Shown: positions 50,295 to 60,619, counted from the whole stretch's first letter. The stretch is DNA of 61,871 nucleotides, filler included, from Theionarchaea archaeon (GCA_018992565.1; 4 parts of 4 records of this genome joined end to end with filler, not necessarily neighbours in it); one strand, 5' to 3'. Notes: generated by a model from the sequence alone, not told the origin. Made by a program: numbers and translations.

Positions 50295-50692
50295 GGAAGT
50301 AGTGAAGGGTAGAGCCTAAAAAAGGTTTGTATGGTCACTCCGAATTCGACATCTTCTTATCTGGTGATACGCGAGAAGAAGCGGTGATGCCAGTGCTGTC
50401 AAGGATTCTTATTCGACTGAATGCCATGGGGAGGTTTGAAGGTAGCCAGAACGCTTTACAAGGTCTGGTAGTACAGATTCTCCAAACCACTCGTGCTCAT
50501 AAATCTGAAGTATACAATGACGGTCAATGGTGGTGCGCCCGTGGAATTGGATGGGACATATTGCACAAGGGAAGACTCTGGATGCACAGACAGAAAACAT
50601 GAAACATACCATCATATGAATCATCTTTGACTTTTGTTTCTTTTCGGGTTTTATCACCATACATTTAAATCTCAAATAGGGCCTACTACTGC

Positions 50693-50937
50693 ATGAGACG
50701 AGCATCATGCCTGATTATCATCTTCTTGTTAACAACAGTAGTCCCAGTAGCCACCCAGCAATCATGGATCACAACGGCACGCATAGCAGGAGGCGTTCTC
50801 TGGCCAGATATCACAGATCAAGAAATGATAGAGACAATTGATGAGCTTCACGAGAGAGGCCAGTCAGTCATTTTAACCTGGATTTCAGATCCCCTACTTG
50901 AAGACTGGGCGCCTGACCTTCAATTTCTCAGGAGGGC
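50693..50937 (+). CDS. Secreted protein, N-terminal fragment (contig end)
   Basis: Signal peptide; runs into the spacer; TATA-like TTTAAA upstream. Confidence 0.6.
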
Positions 50938-51037
50938 NNNNNNNNNNNNNNNNNNNNNNNNNNNNNNNNNNNNNNNNNNNNTTAATTAATTAANNNNNNN
51001 NNNNNNNNNNNNNNNNNNNNNNNNNNNNNNNNNNNNN
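50938..51037. other. Artificial contig spacer
   Basis: N-run with TTAATTAATTAA. Confidence 0.97.
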
Positions 51038-51039
51038 TA

Positions 51040-51837
51040 GTAACTGCAGACGTCCTCGATGAGTATGGCCTCCCCCCCGATTTTTCTTTTATCATTGCTG
51101 ACCCGGAGAACACCCGTTACGTGAGAGACCTGGCGCACTTCTCTTACATCAAGGAGGGGTCTGAGACTGTGGGGTTCATGGCTTTCCATGAGCAGGAGTC
51201 TCAGATGGTGATTCATTATATCTCCCTTGATGGAAATGTTTCCCTTTCCAGTGCTGAAGCCTTTATCAGCGACCTTTCATCTGGAAAGGAAGTTTACGCT
51301 GTTACCTACGATTGCAACAGGGCAGAAACCCTTTTCGAGGCTATGGGATTCTATAGAGAGGCAGGTCTCCAGTACATGGAGATGGAGACTATTCCCCATT
51401 TCAGATCCCCCTATGGACTGGAATTCGTATCCATAACCACCGCGAAAGTCCCCAGAAAAATGTCCAGTCTGTACAATACCTGTTTTTCCGTCTCTGATGG
51501 CAAGAGGACTCTGGAGGAATTCGTCAGTGACCCACTTTCTACCACAGGGACTGATCTCATCCTGCGAAGAGAAGGGAGGAATATCGGGTTTTGGGTTGAT
51601 GTCACCTACTTTGGGACTGTGTGCTTCAACTGCTGGATCGGTATTGTCCCCCGGCACAGGAGAAAAGGGTACGCCACCCAATTAATGGAGTACGCTTTGA
51701 CTGCAGCCGCTGAAAAAGGATGTACAAGAGCAGGTCTCCTTGTAAACCCGCGGAATGACGCTGCGGTGAAGTTCTATCACCAGATGGGATTCACAAAGCA
51801 GTGGGGAAGGCTCCATTTCAGAAGTGAACTCGACTGA
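51040..51837 (+). CDS. GNAT acetyltransferase (tandem domains), 5' truncated
   Basis: Frame open from the contig edge; IGIVPRHRRKGYA and N.AAVKFYHQMGF. Confidence 0.85.
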   Translation, partial: VTADVLDEYGLPPDFSFIIADPENTRYVRDLAHFSYIKEGSETVGFMAFHEQESQMVIHYISLDGNVSLSSAEAFISDLSSGKEVYAVTYDCNRAETLFEAMGFYREAGLQYMEMETIPHFRSPYGLEFVSITTAKVPRKMSSLYNTCFSVSDGKRTLEEFVSDPLSTTGTDLILRREGRNIGFWVDVTYFGTVCFNCWIGIVPRHRRKGYATQLMEYALTAAAEKGCTRAGLLVNPRNDAAVKFYHQMGFTKQWGRLHFRSELD

Positions 51838-51842
51838 ATTCT

Positions 51843-52760
51843 CTATCGTGCTTTCACGAATTGAGGGGTGGCATCTCGCACTGGATCAAACTTCTCCCAG
51901 TCTCTGACCACAGTGCATATCATAGACACCTTGGAATGCAGCGATGTGGGTAACCTGAGAATTCGTTTAATATCTACGGTGCATTTCCCATCGACAGACT
52001 CTGCATTGACCAATGACAGTTCCTCAAGCAGAGATTCCAGAGCTTTCTTCTTTATAATCTCCTCCAGACGCACTTTGTCCCTGTTGATTAAAGCTTCAAT
52101 GATGGAGTCTCTGTTCTGGAGATGGGTAGAGCCCCCCCTCATGGCAAGGGACTTCATTTTAGAGAAGGTCACAGAACTCATCTTCCTAAAAGCTGAGGGG
52201 TATCCTTTTACCATGAACAGGTCTGGAGGGACTCTGGACCCTGTCACAAAGGTGAAGACACTGCCCCTGTTTCTAATGCTCATGGCTTCTTCGTCAGTAC
52301 ACCTGACGTGATACCCTCTACCTGAATAAATCAGGAACAGCTTATTCACCCCAAAACTCTCTTTCAATGTGTCTATCAGAGTCAGAGCAACATCCCGGGC
52401 ATCTTCCAGGCAGGTTTCACATACTTTCCCTGGCTTGCATTCGCATCTGCGGGCAGGAAGGTCACGAGCATCAATGTCGAACACCAGCTCAGCTCTCAGC
52501 CACCCTTCCCTCTGGGAGGGTACCTCGTAGTGAGAAACACTGGAATACACCGCATATGGTGCAGTCTTTCGGATCCTGGAACTCAGCTCTTCAAGAGAGG
52601 AAAAGGCATTGTACCTGTCATTTGGACCTGTTCCGTCATTATCAAAGGCAAATTCCAAAAAACGGAAATATTCAGTAATAAAAGGAGGGAGGAAGTGAGG
52701 GTTCCATTCACGAGCAAAATACTCTCGTCTATCCTGAAGGGTAGCTTCTCTGAACTCCAT
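51843..52760 (-). CDS. priS: DNA primase catalytic subunit
   Basis: EFAFD, ELVFDIDA, zinc knuckle, YSGRGYH, D..RILRLP.SLHSKV. Confidence 0.95.
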   Translation of the reverse strand: MEFREATLQDRREYFAREWNPHFLPPFITEYFRFLEFAFDNDGTGPNDRYNAFSSLEELSSRIRKTAPYAVYSSVSHYEVPSQREGWLRAELVFDIDARDLPARRCECKPGKVCETCLEDARDVALTLIDTLKESFGVNKLFLIYSGRGYHVRCTDEEAMSIRNRGSVFTFVTGSRVPPDLFMVKGYPSAFRKMSSVTFSKMKSLAMRGGSTHLQNRDSIIEALINRDKVRLEEIIKKKALESLLEELSLVNAESVDGKCTVDIKRILRLPTSLHSKVSMICTVVRDWEKFDPVRDATPQFVKAR

Positions 52761-53406
52761 GGTCTTTCTCTATGCGAGTTATTATATCTCTGATGTCAGC
52801 TGAAATCTCCTTAATTGATTTGGTTCCATCAACAGTGATCAGTGTCCCCTTTTTGTTGTAGTACTGGATGAGTGGCGCTGTCTGCTTTTTATACGTTTCA
52901 AACCGGTGAGTGATGGCTGCGGGGGTATCATCAGCTCTCTGATAGAGGTCTTTTCCGCACTTATCACACAGCCCTTTCTGACGCGGTGGGTTGTAGACTG
53001 TGTGATAGATGGCATTGCACTCGGGACAGGTTAACCTTCCTGAGAGTCTTTCTACCAGCTTTTCCAGAGGTACGTCAATAGTAATTATGGCGTCAAGAGG
53101 GAGGTTCATCTCTTTCAACACACCATCTAGTGTTTCAGCCTGCTCAAGGTTTCTGGGAAACCCATCTAGAATAAACTGGTCTGTGTCAGAGATAGCTTCT
53201 CTCACGAGGCCAATGACAATTGAATCGGGGACAAGGGCTCCTTTTTCCATGTACTCACGGGCCTTTAACCCTGCAGGAGTACCTCTGTCCGCTGCTTCTC
53301 TCAGGAGGTCTCCTGTGGAAATCTGACGGATTCCCCGAGTCTTGGCCACTATCTGAGCCTGGGTTCCTTTTCCACTCCCCGGGGGTCCAAGAAAAACAAT
53401 CCTCAT
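52729..53406 (-). CDS. adk: Adenylate kinase (bacterial type, Zn-LID)
   Basis: GPPGSGKGTQA, STGDLLR, LDGFPR, CxxC...CxxC, QRADD. Confidence 0.95.
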   Translation of the reverse strand: MRIVFLGPPGSGKGTQAQIVAKTRGIRQISTGDLLREAADRGTPAGLKAREYMEKGALVPDSIVIGLVREAISDTDQFILDGFPRNLEQAETLDGVLKEMNLPLDAIITIDVPLEKLVERLSGRLTCPECNAIYHTVYNPPRQKGLCDKCGKDLYQRADDTPAAITHRFETYKKQTAPLIQYYNKKGTLITVDGTKSIKEISADIRDIITRIEKDHGVQRSYPSG

Positions 53407-53498
53407 ACAGTCACCTGGGCATACAACGAGTAATACCATAAAAAGGTTTTCAGTACCAGCATCAGAAATCCATGTGGTAACCACATCGTCTTTCCCAG

Positions 53499-54860
53499 CT
53501 ACTCCACAGTATAATCAGAAGGGTTCTTCAATTCTTTCTCCAGAACGGCCAAATTCTCCTTGTCAAATGCCCTGCCATCATAACTCAAGATAAATCGGCA
53601 CTGCTGCTGAACGACTCTATCATCGAGACAATACAGGAATTTCATGATAGTATCAAATGTATTGTGGACCATGAGAAATTCGAATCCCTCAAACAGGACG
53701 CAGCAGACAGGGTATTCCTCTATGAAGGTGCTGATCATGTGAGTCAATTTGGCGAGATCGGTGGGACTGACACTCCACGAGTTCTCTTCATTAATGGCAA
53801 GCCATATCATGGGAACACGGTCTATGTCCCAATCCCTGAAGAAGATATCAGGGTGTTCTCTGCTGACCACAAGCCCAAAGTCACCCTTTATCAGCTGGTC
53901 CCTGAAGATTGTCCTGGCTACCTCGTAGTCGGGTGAATCTACTCTGTAGGACCCACCTACAGGGAGCTTCCCTGCATGATGGAGAAACGGACATTGTTCC
54001 CTGTTCTGAATGTAAATCTGACACCGGGTTATCTGGCCGCATTGGTGGCAGTTGATGCCCTTTTCCTTTGCACAGACATATATTGGGCATTTCTGTTTCT
54101 GTTCCTCCTCTTCTGCTGCACAGCTCTTGCATCTTCCAGTCTGGAAAGAAGAACATAGGGAGCATCTGCTTCCACACAGAGCATCTCTCAAGGTTAATGT
54201 ATTCTGTACAGGATAAATAATGGGACTTCCTTCCACATACGAGTACTTGAAAGCCACCGTACTGAACAGGGCGAATAGAGATCCAATTTTGGGTAGTCCC
54301 CAACCCAGCAAAGGAGAGAAAACCTCAAAAATGTAAGCAAATGCCATGGAAAACATAAACCCCTGCATCATAACATCTACACGATGTATCTTTCTCAGCT
54401 TTTTGAACTTCATTCTCTCAGCGTACAGCAGCGTGAATACGGCGACTACCAGTACGAGGTGAATTGCTGCCAGGTACACGAAGAGGGTACCCGGCTCAAA
54501 TAGACTTGATGTACCTGCATGAATAAACCTGTTTGTGAGAATAATGGCGATAAAAGGAATGCACAGGGCTTTTGAAAGGTAATACGGAATTTTATATCCG
54601 TGTTCAGAGATATGGTAGACGAGATGATACAATTCTGAAGGCATGATGAAGAAGGGTATATATGATAATCGGGTCAACCACATAGCTCCCCGTGATATAA
54701 TTAATGCACTTCCTTCAGCAATTCCCCATGCACCTATGAGCAATGTTACCAGGAAAAACCGTTTCACTATCTTTGATTGAGGAGACTTCCGGTATATCCA
54801 CACTCCAATGCCGAGGTTACACAAAGCTCCCAGCACAGCTACAACGCCATAAACCTCCAT
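53499..54860 (-). CDS. 7TM sensor-like domain + Cys-rich (DUF3795-like) domain + DUF835 domain protein
   Basis: About 7 TM helices; CGSRCSLC...C..C...CPIYVCAKEKGINCHQC; GLVVSREHP, SPTDL, FEGFEFLMVHNTF. Confidence 0.75.
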   Translation of the reverse strand: MEVYGVVAVLGALCNLGIGVWIYRKSPQSKIVKRFFLVTLLIGAWGIAEGSALIISRGAMWLTRLSYIPFFIMPSELYHLVYHISEHGYKIPYYLSKALCIPFIAIILTNRFIHAGTSSLFEPGTLFVYLAAIHLVLVVAVFTLLYAERMKFKKLRKIHRVDVMMQGFMFSMAFAYIFEVFSPLLGWGLPKIGSLFALFSTVAFKYSYVEGSPIIYPVQNTLTLRDALCGSRCSLCSSFQTGRCKSCAAEEEEQKQKCPIYVCAKEKGINCHQCGQITRCQIYIQNREQCPFLHHAGKLPVGGSYRVDSPDYEVARTIFRDQLIKGDFGLVVSREHPDIFFRDWDIDRVPMIWLAINEENSWSVSPTDLAKLTHMISTFIEEYPVCCVLFEGFEFLMVHNTFDTIMKFLYCLDDRVVQQQCRFILSYDGRAFDKENLAVLEKELKNPSDYTVE

Positions 54861-55026
54861 TACATCTACTCCCTTTCATCCTCCCCTCCTTTTCCTGAAG
54901 AAAAATAGGAGTACAATCATAAAAACCTTTCCATCCTGAAGAAGCAACCTCTTGGATCAGTTGAAACTCTCTCTACCCGGATTGCTGTTCTCCCTATTTC
55001 GGATACAATTTCGGATTCTAACAATG

Positions 55027-56166
55027 CTATCCTACAACGTAGGCTTCTCCCGTTATTTCTCCTTCAAACCTCTTCAAGTTGAGATCATCTATAGGCATAG
55101 ATGGTTTCCCGTCCACAATCAATTCAGCAATCAGTTCAGTGACCTTGGGAGCAATCATGAACCCGTGTCCACTGTACCCATTGGCCTGGCAGAACTGGTC
55201 AACTCCTTCTGTCCATCCAAGGACAGGTTGCGCATCCGGGGTAACATCGTACAGTCCTGCCCACTGGCGGAGAACATTGAGATGACCAAAGGCAGGTACC
55301 AGCTCAACTACAGTTCTGGCCATTCGCTTCATGAACCGCAGACTTGCTGAAATATTGTAGGAGGATGGTTCCTCAGGGTCACCAATCCCTCCAATGATTG
55401 GGCCATGCTTCTGCTGTGAGAAATAGACGCCCGTCTTGAAAGATATAACCATGGGATCCAGTACATGTTCCACGGGTTCTGTTACCAGTATTTCATGGCG
55501 ATAGGGTTTGTTAGGTAAACTCACCCCCACCATGGAAGCGATATCCCTGGAATAAGCTCCTGCAGCATTAACCACGGTATTGGTTTTGATGGTTCCTTTA
55601 TCAGTCTTCACAGCCCGGATCTGTCCATCTTCAACTACAATACCAGTCACAGCGGTGAATTTGCTGATTTCGACCCCCATTTTCTGAGCTTTCCTGGCAT
55701 AGCCATGGACTACTCGGAAAGGGTTCGCATGTCCATCAGTCTGACAGAATGTGGCCCCCGCTATAGGGTCAATATTCAACAAAGGAACTATCTCCCGGGC
55801 TTCTTCGGGAGTGATGAACCTGCTTTCAAGGCCCAGAGAGTTCTGCAACCTGACATTCCTCTTGAACTGGTCCACCTCGTCCTCGTAGGCGATAATCAGG
55901 TACCCTCCCTGCTCGTACTCAATGTCTGTGTCAAGTTCCACTGAGAGCTGCTCAAAAAGGCGTACGCTCTCCATTGCCAGGGTGATGTTGGCGTCTGTGG
56001 TGAACTGCTGTCTGATGCCTCCACCGCACCTGCCGGATGCTCCCACACACGGGACCTGTCTTTCCAGGACTATGACGTCAGTCAGTCCCTTCTTGGCCAG
56101 GTTGTAAGCAATCCCACACCCGGTTACTCCTCCTCCTATGACAACTACATCGGCCTCCTCTCTCAT
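55027..56166 (-). CDS. FAD-dependent oxidoreductase, proline dehydrogenase/sarcosine oxidase beta-like
   Basis: GGGVTG, GASGRCGGGIRQQF, WAGLYDVTPD, GYSGHGFM. Confidence 0.9.
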   Translation of the reverse strand: MREEADVVVIGGGVTGCGIAYNLAKKGLTDVIVLERQVPCVGASGRCGGGIRQQFTTDANITLAMESVRLFEQLSVELDTDIEYEQGGYLIIAYEDEVDQFKRNVRLQNSLGLESRFITPEEAREIVPLLNIDPIAGATFCQTDGHANPFRVVHGYARKAQKMGVEISKFTAVTGIVVEDGQIRAVKTDKGTIKTNTVVNAAGAYSRDIASMVGVSLPNKPYRHEILVTEPVEHVLDPMVISFKTGVYFSQQKHGPIIGGIGDPEEPSSYNISASLRFMKRMARTVVELVPAFGHLNVLRQWAGLYDVTPDAQPVLGWTEGVDQFCQANGYSGHGFMIAPKVTELIAELIVDGKPSMPIDDLNLKRFEGEITGEAYVVG

Positions 56167-56426
56167 TCTTCCTCACCTGCAAAAACTGAGAGGGGTAAAG
56201 GTTGCAAGGGAGGTCTGGTAGTGGGGCGGGATACCTCAGCCAGAGATTTCCCCGTTTTTCTGGCCACGATTCGGGTTATCAGAGGAATACATGTCCTCCC
56301 CTGGCAGGGGCCCATACCACACCTGAGCACACGCTTGATCTCTTCCAGTGTGGTATATCCCTGGTCAATAGCATCCAGGATGTCTTCTTCTGTTATGTCC
56401 TCGCATCTGCATACAATCTCTGTCAT
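56163..56426 (-). CDS. BFD-like [2Fe-2S] subunit of the dehydrogenase complex
   Basis: VCRCED, RCGMGPCQGRTC, RPP; GGAGG RBS before ATG 56426. Confidence 0.88.
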   Translation of the reverse strand: MTEIVCRCEDITEEDILDAIDQGYTTLEEIKRVLRCGMGPCQGRTCIPLITRIVARKTGKSLAEVSRPTTRPPLQPLPLSVFAGEEE

Positions 56427-56641
56427 AGAATCCTCCTCACATTGCGAACTCTCATGGCCAGCTCTTTGGGCACGAGAACAGACAATACAGCAGTCTTGTT
56501 CTTGTGAACTCTCACTTTCACAATCTCGCCTTTCCCGCATGAGGTACCTTCTCTGTCCAGCAGGTCTACTGTTTCTCCTTTTTCAGGGAGAGGGACAAAC
56601 TCGTAAGGCAGCATCACTACTGCTTTGTCCTGAGAATAGTC
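56423..56641 (-). CDS. C-terminal part of a ferredoxin-like subunit of the proline dehydrogenase-type complex
   Basis: LPYEFVPLP.KGE.V.LLDREG...VRNV; truncated by the spacer. Confidence 0.65.
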   Translation of the reverse strand, partial: DYSQDKAVVMLPYEFVPLPEKGETVDLLDREGTSCGKGEIVKVRVHKNKTAVLSVLVPKELAMRVRNVRRIL

Positions 56642-56741
56642 NNNNNNNNNNNNNNNNNNNNNNNNNNNNNNNNNNNNNNNNNNNNTTAATTAATTAANNN
56701 NNNNNNNNNNNNNNNNNNNNNNNNNNNNNNNNNNNNNNNNN
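56642..56741. other. Artificial contig spacer
   Basis: N-run with TTAATTAATTAA. Confidence 0.97.
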
Positions 56742-57421
56742 TCCAGAAGATGATGCTGGTCCTGAAGGGCATGGACCAGTTCATGGGAAGCTATAAACTC
56801 CTGGTACGCCAGAGGACTCCCCGGGTCAACTACCTGGTAGTACGTGTGATCCCCTGTATCGTAGTAACTTGCCACCTGCTCGGTCATGACATCTATATAT
56901 ACCTGGAAAAGGTCGTCTTCAGGATTCCACACATGAAGTGCCTCATACACCTTCTGTTCTATCTCTATGGCTTCCCTATCTTCCTGGATATCCTCCAGGA
57001 AATTCTCTCTCATTTCCATTCTGTCAATGACGATCCTTCTCACAGATTCCAGGAACTTCAATCCACGAATAGCCTCCACCTTAGATTCAATTATAGAAAA
57101 ATCCAGTGACGCTAGAGATTCTTCAACTGTAACTTCCCATTCATGAGAAATAGTCTCCCTCCCGTATGTGACTTCTATGGCAACGGTATAGGTTCCTGGT
57201 GCTTCGCTGAAAGTGAAAATGCTGTCCTGCGAGACCATCTCTTCATCAACGTACCACATATAGGATACATTTGGTGAGTCTGTCAATACGCAGGAGAATT
57301 CCAGTTCTTCTCCCTCACCAATCGTCACCGCCTGTTCTGCAGGGCTGCACGATTGGAATTGAAGCTGCTGCTGACCAATGCATCCAGCTATTATAATGAT
57401 AAGGATGAGAACCCGTTTCAT
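56742..57421 (-). CDS. Lipoprotein with Ig/PKD-like domain and zincin HExxH motif, 3' truncated
   Basis: IAGC lipobox, PGTYTV, IRGLKF, HELVHALQDQH. Confidence 0.8.
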
Positions 57422-57607
57422 GTCATTGCTGGCCTGCCCAGCTATAAATACTTTGCTGGCCGGAATTCAGTGATTTTCGCATTGTTCATAAAACATGTGA
57501 CATATTTTAAGACTCTCTAAGAAATGAAAATCTCTTCACATATACAGACCAAGAAGACTGAACCATATCAAGAATATCAAGAGTACATTTGGAACTACTG
57601 TAATCAC

Positions 57608-57621
57608 CGAAAGGTTTATAT
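57608..57621 (+). promoter_or_regulatory. BRE/TATA promoter of the asd-aro operon leader
   Basis: CGAAAGGTTTATAT about 230 nt upstream of asd. Confidence 0.55.
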
Positions 57622-57664
57622 GTACCTCTATGCTAGCACGCAAGATGAATGCTGAAATGACTGA

Positions 57665-57754
57665 AAGAAGGGATTTATTTTATTGTTAGGAGTACGCTAG
57701 CTTGTTTTGCTCAGTCTTCTGGAAAATCAAGAAGAAGGGATTTATTTTATTGTT
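57665..57754 (+). repeat. Exact 23-bp direct repeat (57665-57687 and 57732-57754)
   Basis: AAGAAGGGATTTATTTTATTGTT occurs twice. Confidence 0.9.
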
Positions 57755-57852
57755 GATGACTTCTCTCTATCTCAATTTCTGGAGGATCTTCCTGGCAAGA
57801 CTATAGGTCATCAAGGTACTGATCTTATTCTCTCAACTGAGGAGGTCACATT

Positions 57853-58884
57853 ATGAAAGTTGGAATTTTAGGTGCTACAGGGAGTGTAGGCCAGAGATTT
57901 ATTCAGATTCTGGAAAATAGCTCCCGATTTGAAGTAGTACAGCTATTTGGAGAAAAGTCTGCTGGATACACGTATGATACCATTCGATGGATTTTGGAAG
58001 GTGATGTCCCGAGGTATGTCCAGAAAAAGAGAGTAGAACCCATTTCTGACATTTCCCAAGAGATAGATGTAGTATTCTCAGCACTACCTGCTACAGTTGC
58101 CCAAATCGAGGAAATTAATCTTGTCAAAAAGGGATTCATTGTGGCCAGTAATGCCTCCGCTCACAGGACGGATGCCTATGTTCCCATTCTGATTCCCGAG
58201 GTGAACCCAGATCATCTCTCGCTCTTGACCCATCAACGGGAAAAGAAAGGGTGGTCGGGTGTACTGGTGACCAATCCAAACTGCGTGACTGCAATCCTCT
58301 GTCTGGCCCTGAAACCTTTGTTGGATGCCTTTGGCCTATCACAGGTCACTGTAGTGACCATGCAGGCAGTATCAGGAGCTGGATACCCGGGGCTACCCTC
58401 ACTGGATATACTGGGCAATGTGATTCCCTTCATCCCTGGTGAGGAAGAAAAAATAGCTCGGGAGACCTGTAAGATTCTGGGAACCTATTCAGGGGAGCAG
58501 ATTTCTCCTCTCCCGCTGAAGATGGTGGTATCCTGCAACAGGGTTCCCACCGTGGATGGGCATGTCATGAATGTTTTTGTGAAGACAGATCAGGAATGTG
58601 GAGTGGATGAAGTAGTAGACGTTTTTCGGCACTTTTCTGCATTACCACAGAAGATGAATCTTCCCACAGCTCCAAGAAGACCCATAGTCGTTGTAGAGAG
58701 AGAAGATAGGCCTCAACCCCGCTTTGATCTCCACCCTATGGCCATTACCATAGGAAGAATACGGGAATGTGAGGGATGTCTAGCTTTCACTGTTTTAGGG
58801 CATAACACCATACGGGGAGCTGCGGGAGGCTCTGTCTTAAATGCAGAACTCATGGAGGTGATGAATTGGATGGAAAAACAGTAA
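57853..58884 (+). CDS. asd: Aspartate-semialdehyde dehydrogenase
   Basis: GATGSVGQRF, SNASAHR, PEVN, TNPNC, QAVSGAG, HNTIRGAAG. Confidence 0.95.
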   Translation: MKVGILGATGSVGQRFIQILENSSRFEVVQLFGEKSAGYTYDTIRWILEGDVPRYVQKKRVEPISDISQEIDVVFSALPATVAQIEEINLVKKGFIVASNASAHRTDAYVPILIPEVNPDHLSLLTHQREKKGWSGVLVTNPNCVTAILCLALKPLLDAFGLSQVTVVTMQAVSGAGYPGLPSLDILGNVIPFIPGEEEKIARETCKILGTYSGEQISPLPLKMVVSCNRVPTVDGHVMNVFVKTDQECGVDEVVDVFRHFSALPQKMNLPTAPRRPIVVVEREDRPQPRFDLHPMAITIGRIRECEGCLAFTVLGHNTIRGAAGGSVLNAELMEVMNWMEKQ

Positions 58885-59651
58885 GAAAGAAGAGAATCTC
58901 AAGAAATGACAAATTTCTTATTGTCCCCATGGACCATGGAGTGACTGTGGGGGCAGTGAAGGGGTTAGAAAACATGGATGAGATTGTGTCAAAAGTTTCG
59001 AACCATTGCTCAGCAGTACTCTTTCACAAGGGGGTTGCCATGAATCTGAGCACTGAATGCCTGCATGGTACAGGATGTATTGTACATCTCTCAGCCAGTA
59101 CGTCTTTTGGTCTTGATGGAAACAAGAAAGTCTTGGTGGGATCAGTCTTCGATGCAGTAAGGCTGGGAGCAGACGCTGTTTCAGTCCATGTGAACGTGGG
59201 CGGGTGTGAAACAGAACCAGATATGCTGGAAGATCTGGGGAAGGTCTCATCAGAATGTGAGAGTGCAGGAATGCCTCTTCTTGCAATGATGTATGCCCGG
59301 GGTAACCATGTGACTGATTCACTGGATGCCCTGAATGTATCCCATGTAGCACGGATTGGGGCTGAACTGGGAGCAGATATTGTCAAATGTAACTACACTG
59401 GATCTCCAGAGACATTCAGGGAGGTCACCAGGAAATGCCCTGTGCCTGTTGTCATTGCAGGGGGACCCAAGGTCTCTACTGATAGAGAGCTCTTGGAAAT
59501 GGTGGCAGGATGCATGGAGGCTGGAGGTAAGGGGATTTCCATCGGCAGGAATGTATTCCAGCATCAGCAGCCGGGTCTCATCACCACAGCTCTCGCCCAG
59601 ATCATTTTCGAAAACAGAACAGTGGATGAGGCACTGGAGGTGCTCAAATGA
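58866..59651 (+). CDS. aroA': 2-amino-3,7-dideoxy-D-threo-hept-6-ulosonate synthase (class I aldolase family)
   Basis: VPMDHG, HLSAST, GADAVSVHVN, GADIVK, AGGPK, GRNVFQ; adjacent to DHQ synthase II. Confidence 0.88.
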   Translation: MDGKTVRKKRISRNDKFLIVPMDHGVTVGAVKGLENMDEIVSKVSNHCSAVLFHKGVAMNLSTECLHGTGCIVHLSASTSFGLDGNKKVLVGSVFDAVRLGADAVSVHVNVGGCETEPDMLEDLGKVSSECESAGMPLLAMMYARGNHVTDSLDALNVSHVARIGAELGADIVKCNYTGSPETFREVTRKCPVPVVIAGGPKVSTDRELLEMVAGCMEAGGKGISIGRNVFQHQQPGLITTALAQIIFENRTVDEALEVLK

Positions 59652-60616
59652 AACAGATTTTTTACCGGATTCAGGATGAATTCAAGAGGGATGAAGTTAT
59701 CCCTCTCCTGGAGGCAGGAATAACCAATTTCATTGTCTCCACTGAAGAGGTGAAGGAGAAAATTGAAGAGCTCTCTGTTTCCACTGTCCTGCTTGAAAGA
59801 GACTATGAGGTGGTCAGGTTAGAAAAGAAAGAAGACGAGAGGCAGATCATTGATTCAACCAAAGAACATCTCTTTATCAAGGCAGAGAACTGGAAGATAA
59901 TTCCCTTCGAAAATCTGATTGCGCAGAAGAAAGACGCTCACCTCTATGCTGTGGTAGATGATGTGGATGAGGCAGAGCTTCTACTGGAGGTCTTGGAAAA
60001 GGGAGTAGATGGGGTTGTCTTCGAGAATCAAAGAGCAGATGACCTCGTCCGCTTCATGGGAAAATTCCAGGAAGAAAAAATAGGACTGCAAAAGGCTGTG
60101 GTCTGCAGGATGGAAAATGTGGGAAGTGGAGACAGAGTGTGCGTGGATACGACATCCTTATTCAGGAGAGGAGAAGGGCTCCTAGTAGGGAGTTTTGCAC
60201 GGGGTTTGTTCTTGGTTCATTCAGAGAATGTGGAATCGGAATGGGCAGCTCCCCGTCCCTTCAGGGTCAATTGCGGGGCAGTCCATTGCTATGTATTGTG
60301 TGATGGAAAAACAAAATATCTTTCAGAAGTGCGGTCAGGAGATCAGATAAAAGCAATCTCTTCAACAGGAGAGGTCCGTCGGGTGTCTGTGGGCAGGTCG
60401 AAGGTGGAAAGGAGGCCCTTGACCCTTGTTTCAGCACTGGTTGCTGAAGATGAGGTCAGTGTCGTAGTCCAGAATGCAGAAACCATACGATTTGTTACTC
60501 CTACAGGTTATAAGAGCGTGTCCCAGCTGAAACGTGGGGATGAGCTGCTGGTGTTTTACAACCCTGCGGGACGGCATTTTGGAATGGAAGTCAATGAGTT
60601 CATACAGGAGCGATGA
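59648..60616 (+). CDS. aroB': 3-dehydroquinate synthase II
   Basis: WKIIPFENLIA, GDRVCVDT, RPFRVNCGAVH, QNAETIR, GRHFG. Confidence 0.92.
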   Translation: MKQIFYRIQDEFKRDEVIPLLEAGITNFIVSTEEVKEKIEELSVSTVLLERDYEVVRLEKKEDERQIIDSTKEHLFIKAENWKIIPFENLIAQKKDAHLYAVVDDVDEAELLLEVLEKGVDGVVFENQRADDLVRFMGKFQEEKIGLQKAVVCRMENVGSGDRVCVDTTSLFRRGEGLLVGSFARGLFLVHSENVESEWAAPRPFRVNCGAVHCYVLCDGKTKYLSEVRSGDQIKAISSTGEVRRVSVGRSKVERRPLTLVSALVAEDEVSVVVQNAETIRFVTPTGYKSVSQLKRGDELLVFYNPAGRHFGMEVNEFIQER

Positions 60617-60619
60617 TCG

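Noticed and set aside
57665..57754. 23-bp direct repeat with 44-nt spacer as a mini-CRISPR
   Set aside because: Only two copies, no ATTGAAA(C/G)-type end, no cas genes, and it sits in an operon leader.
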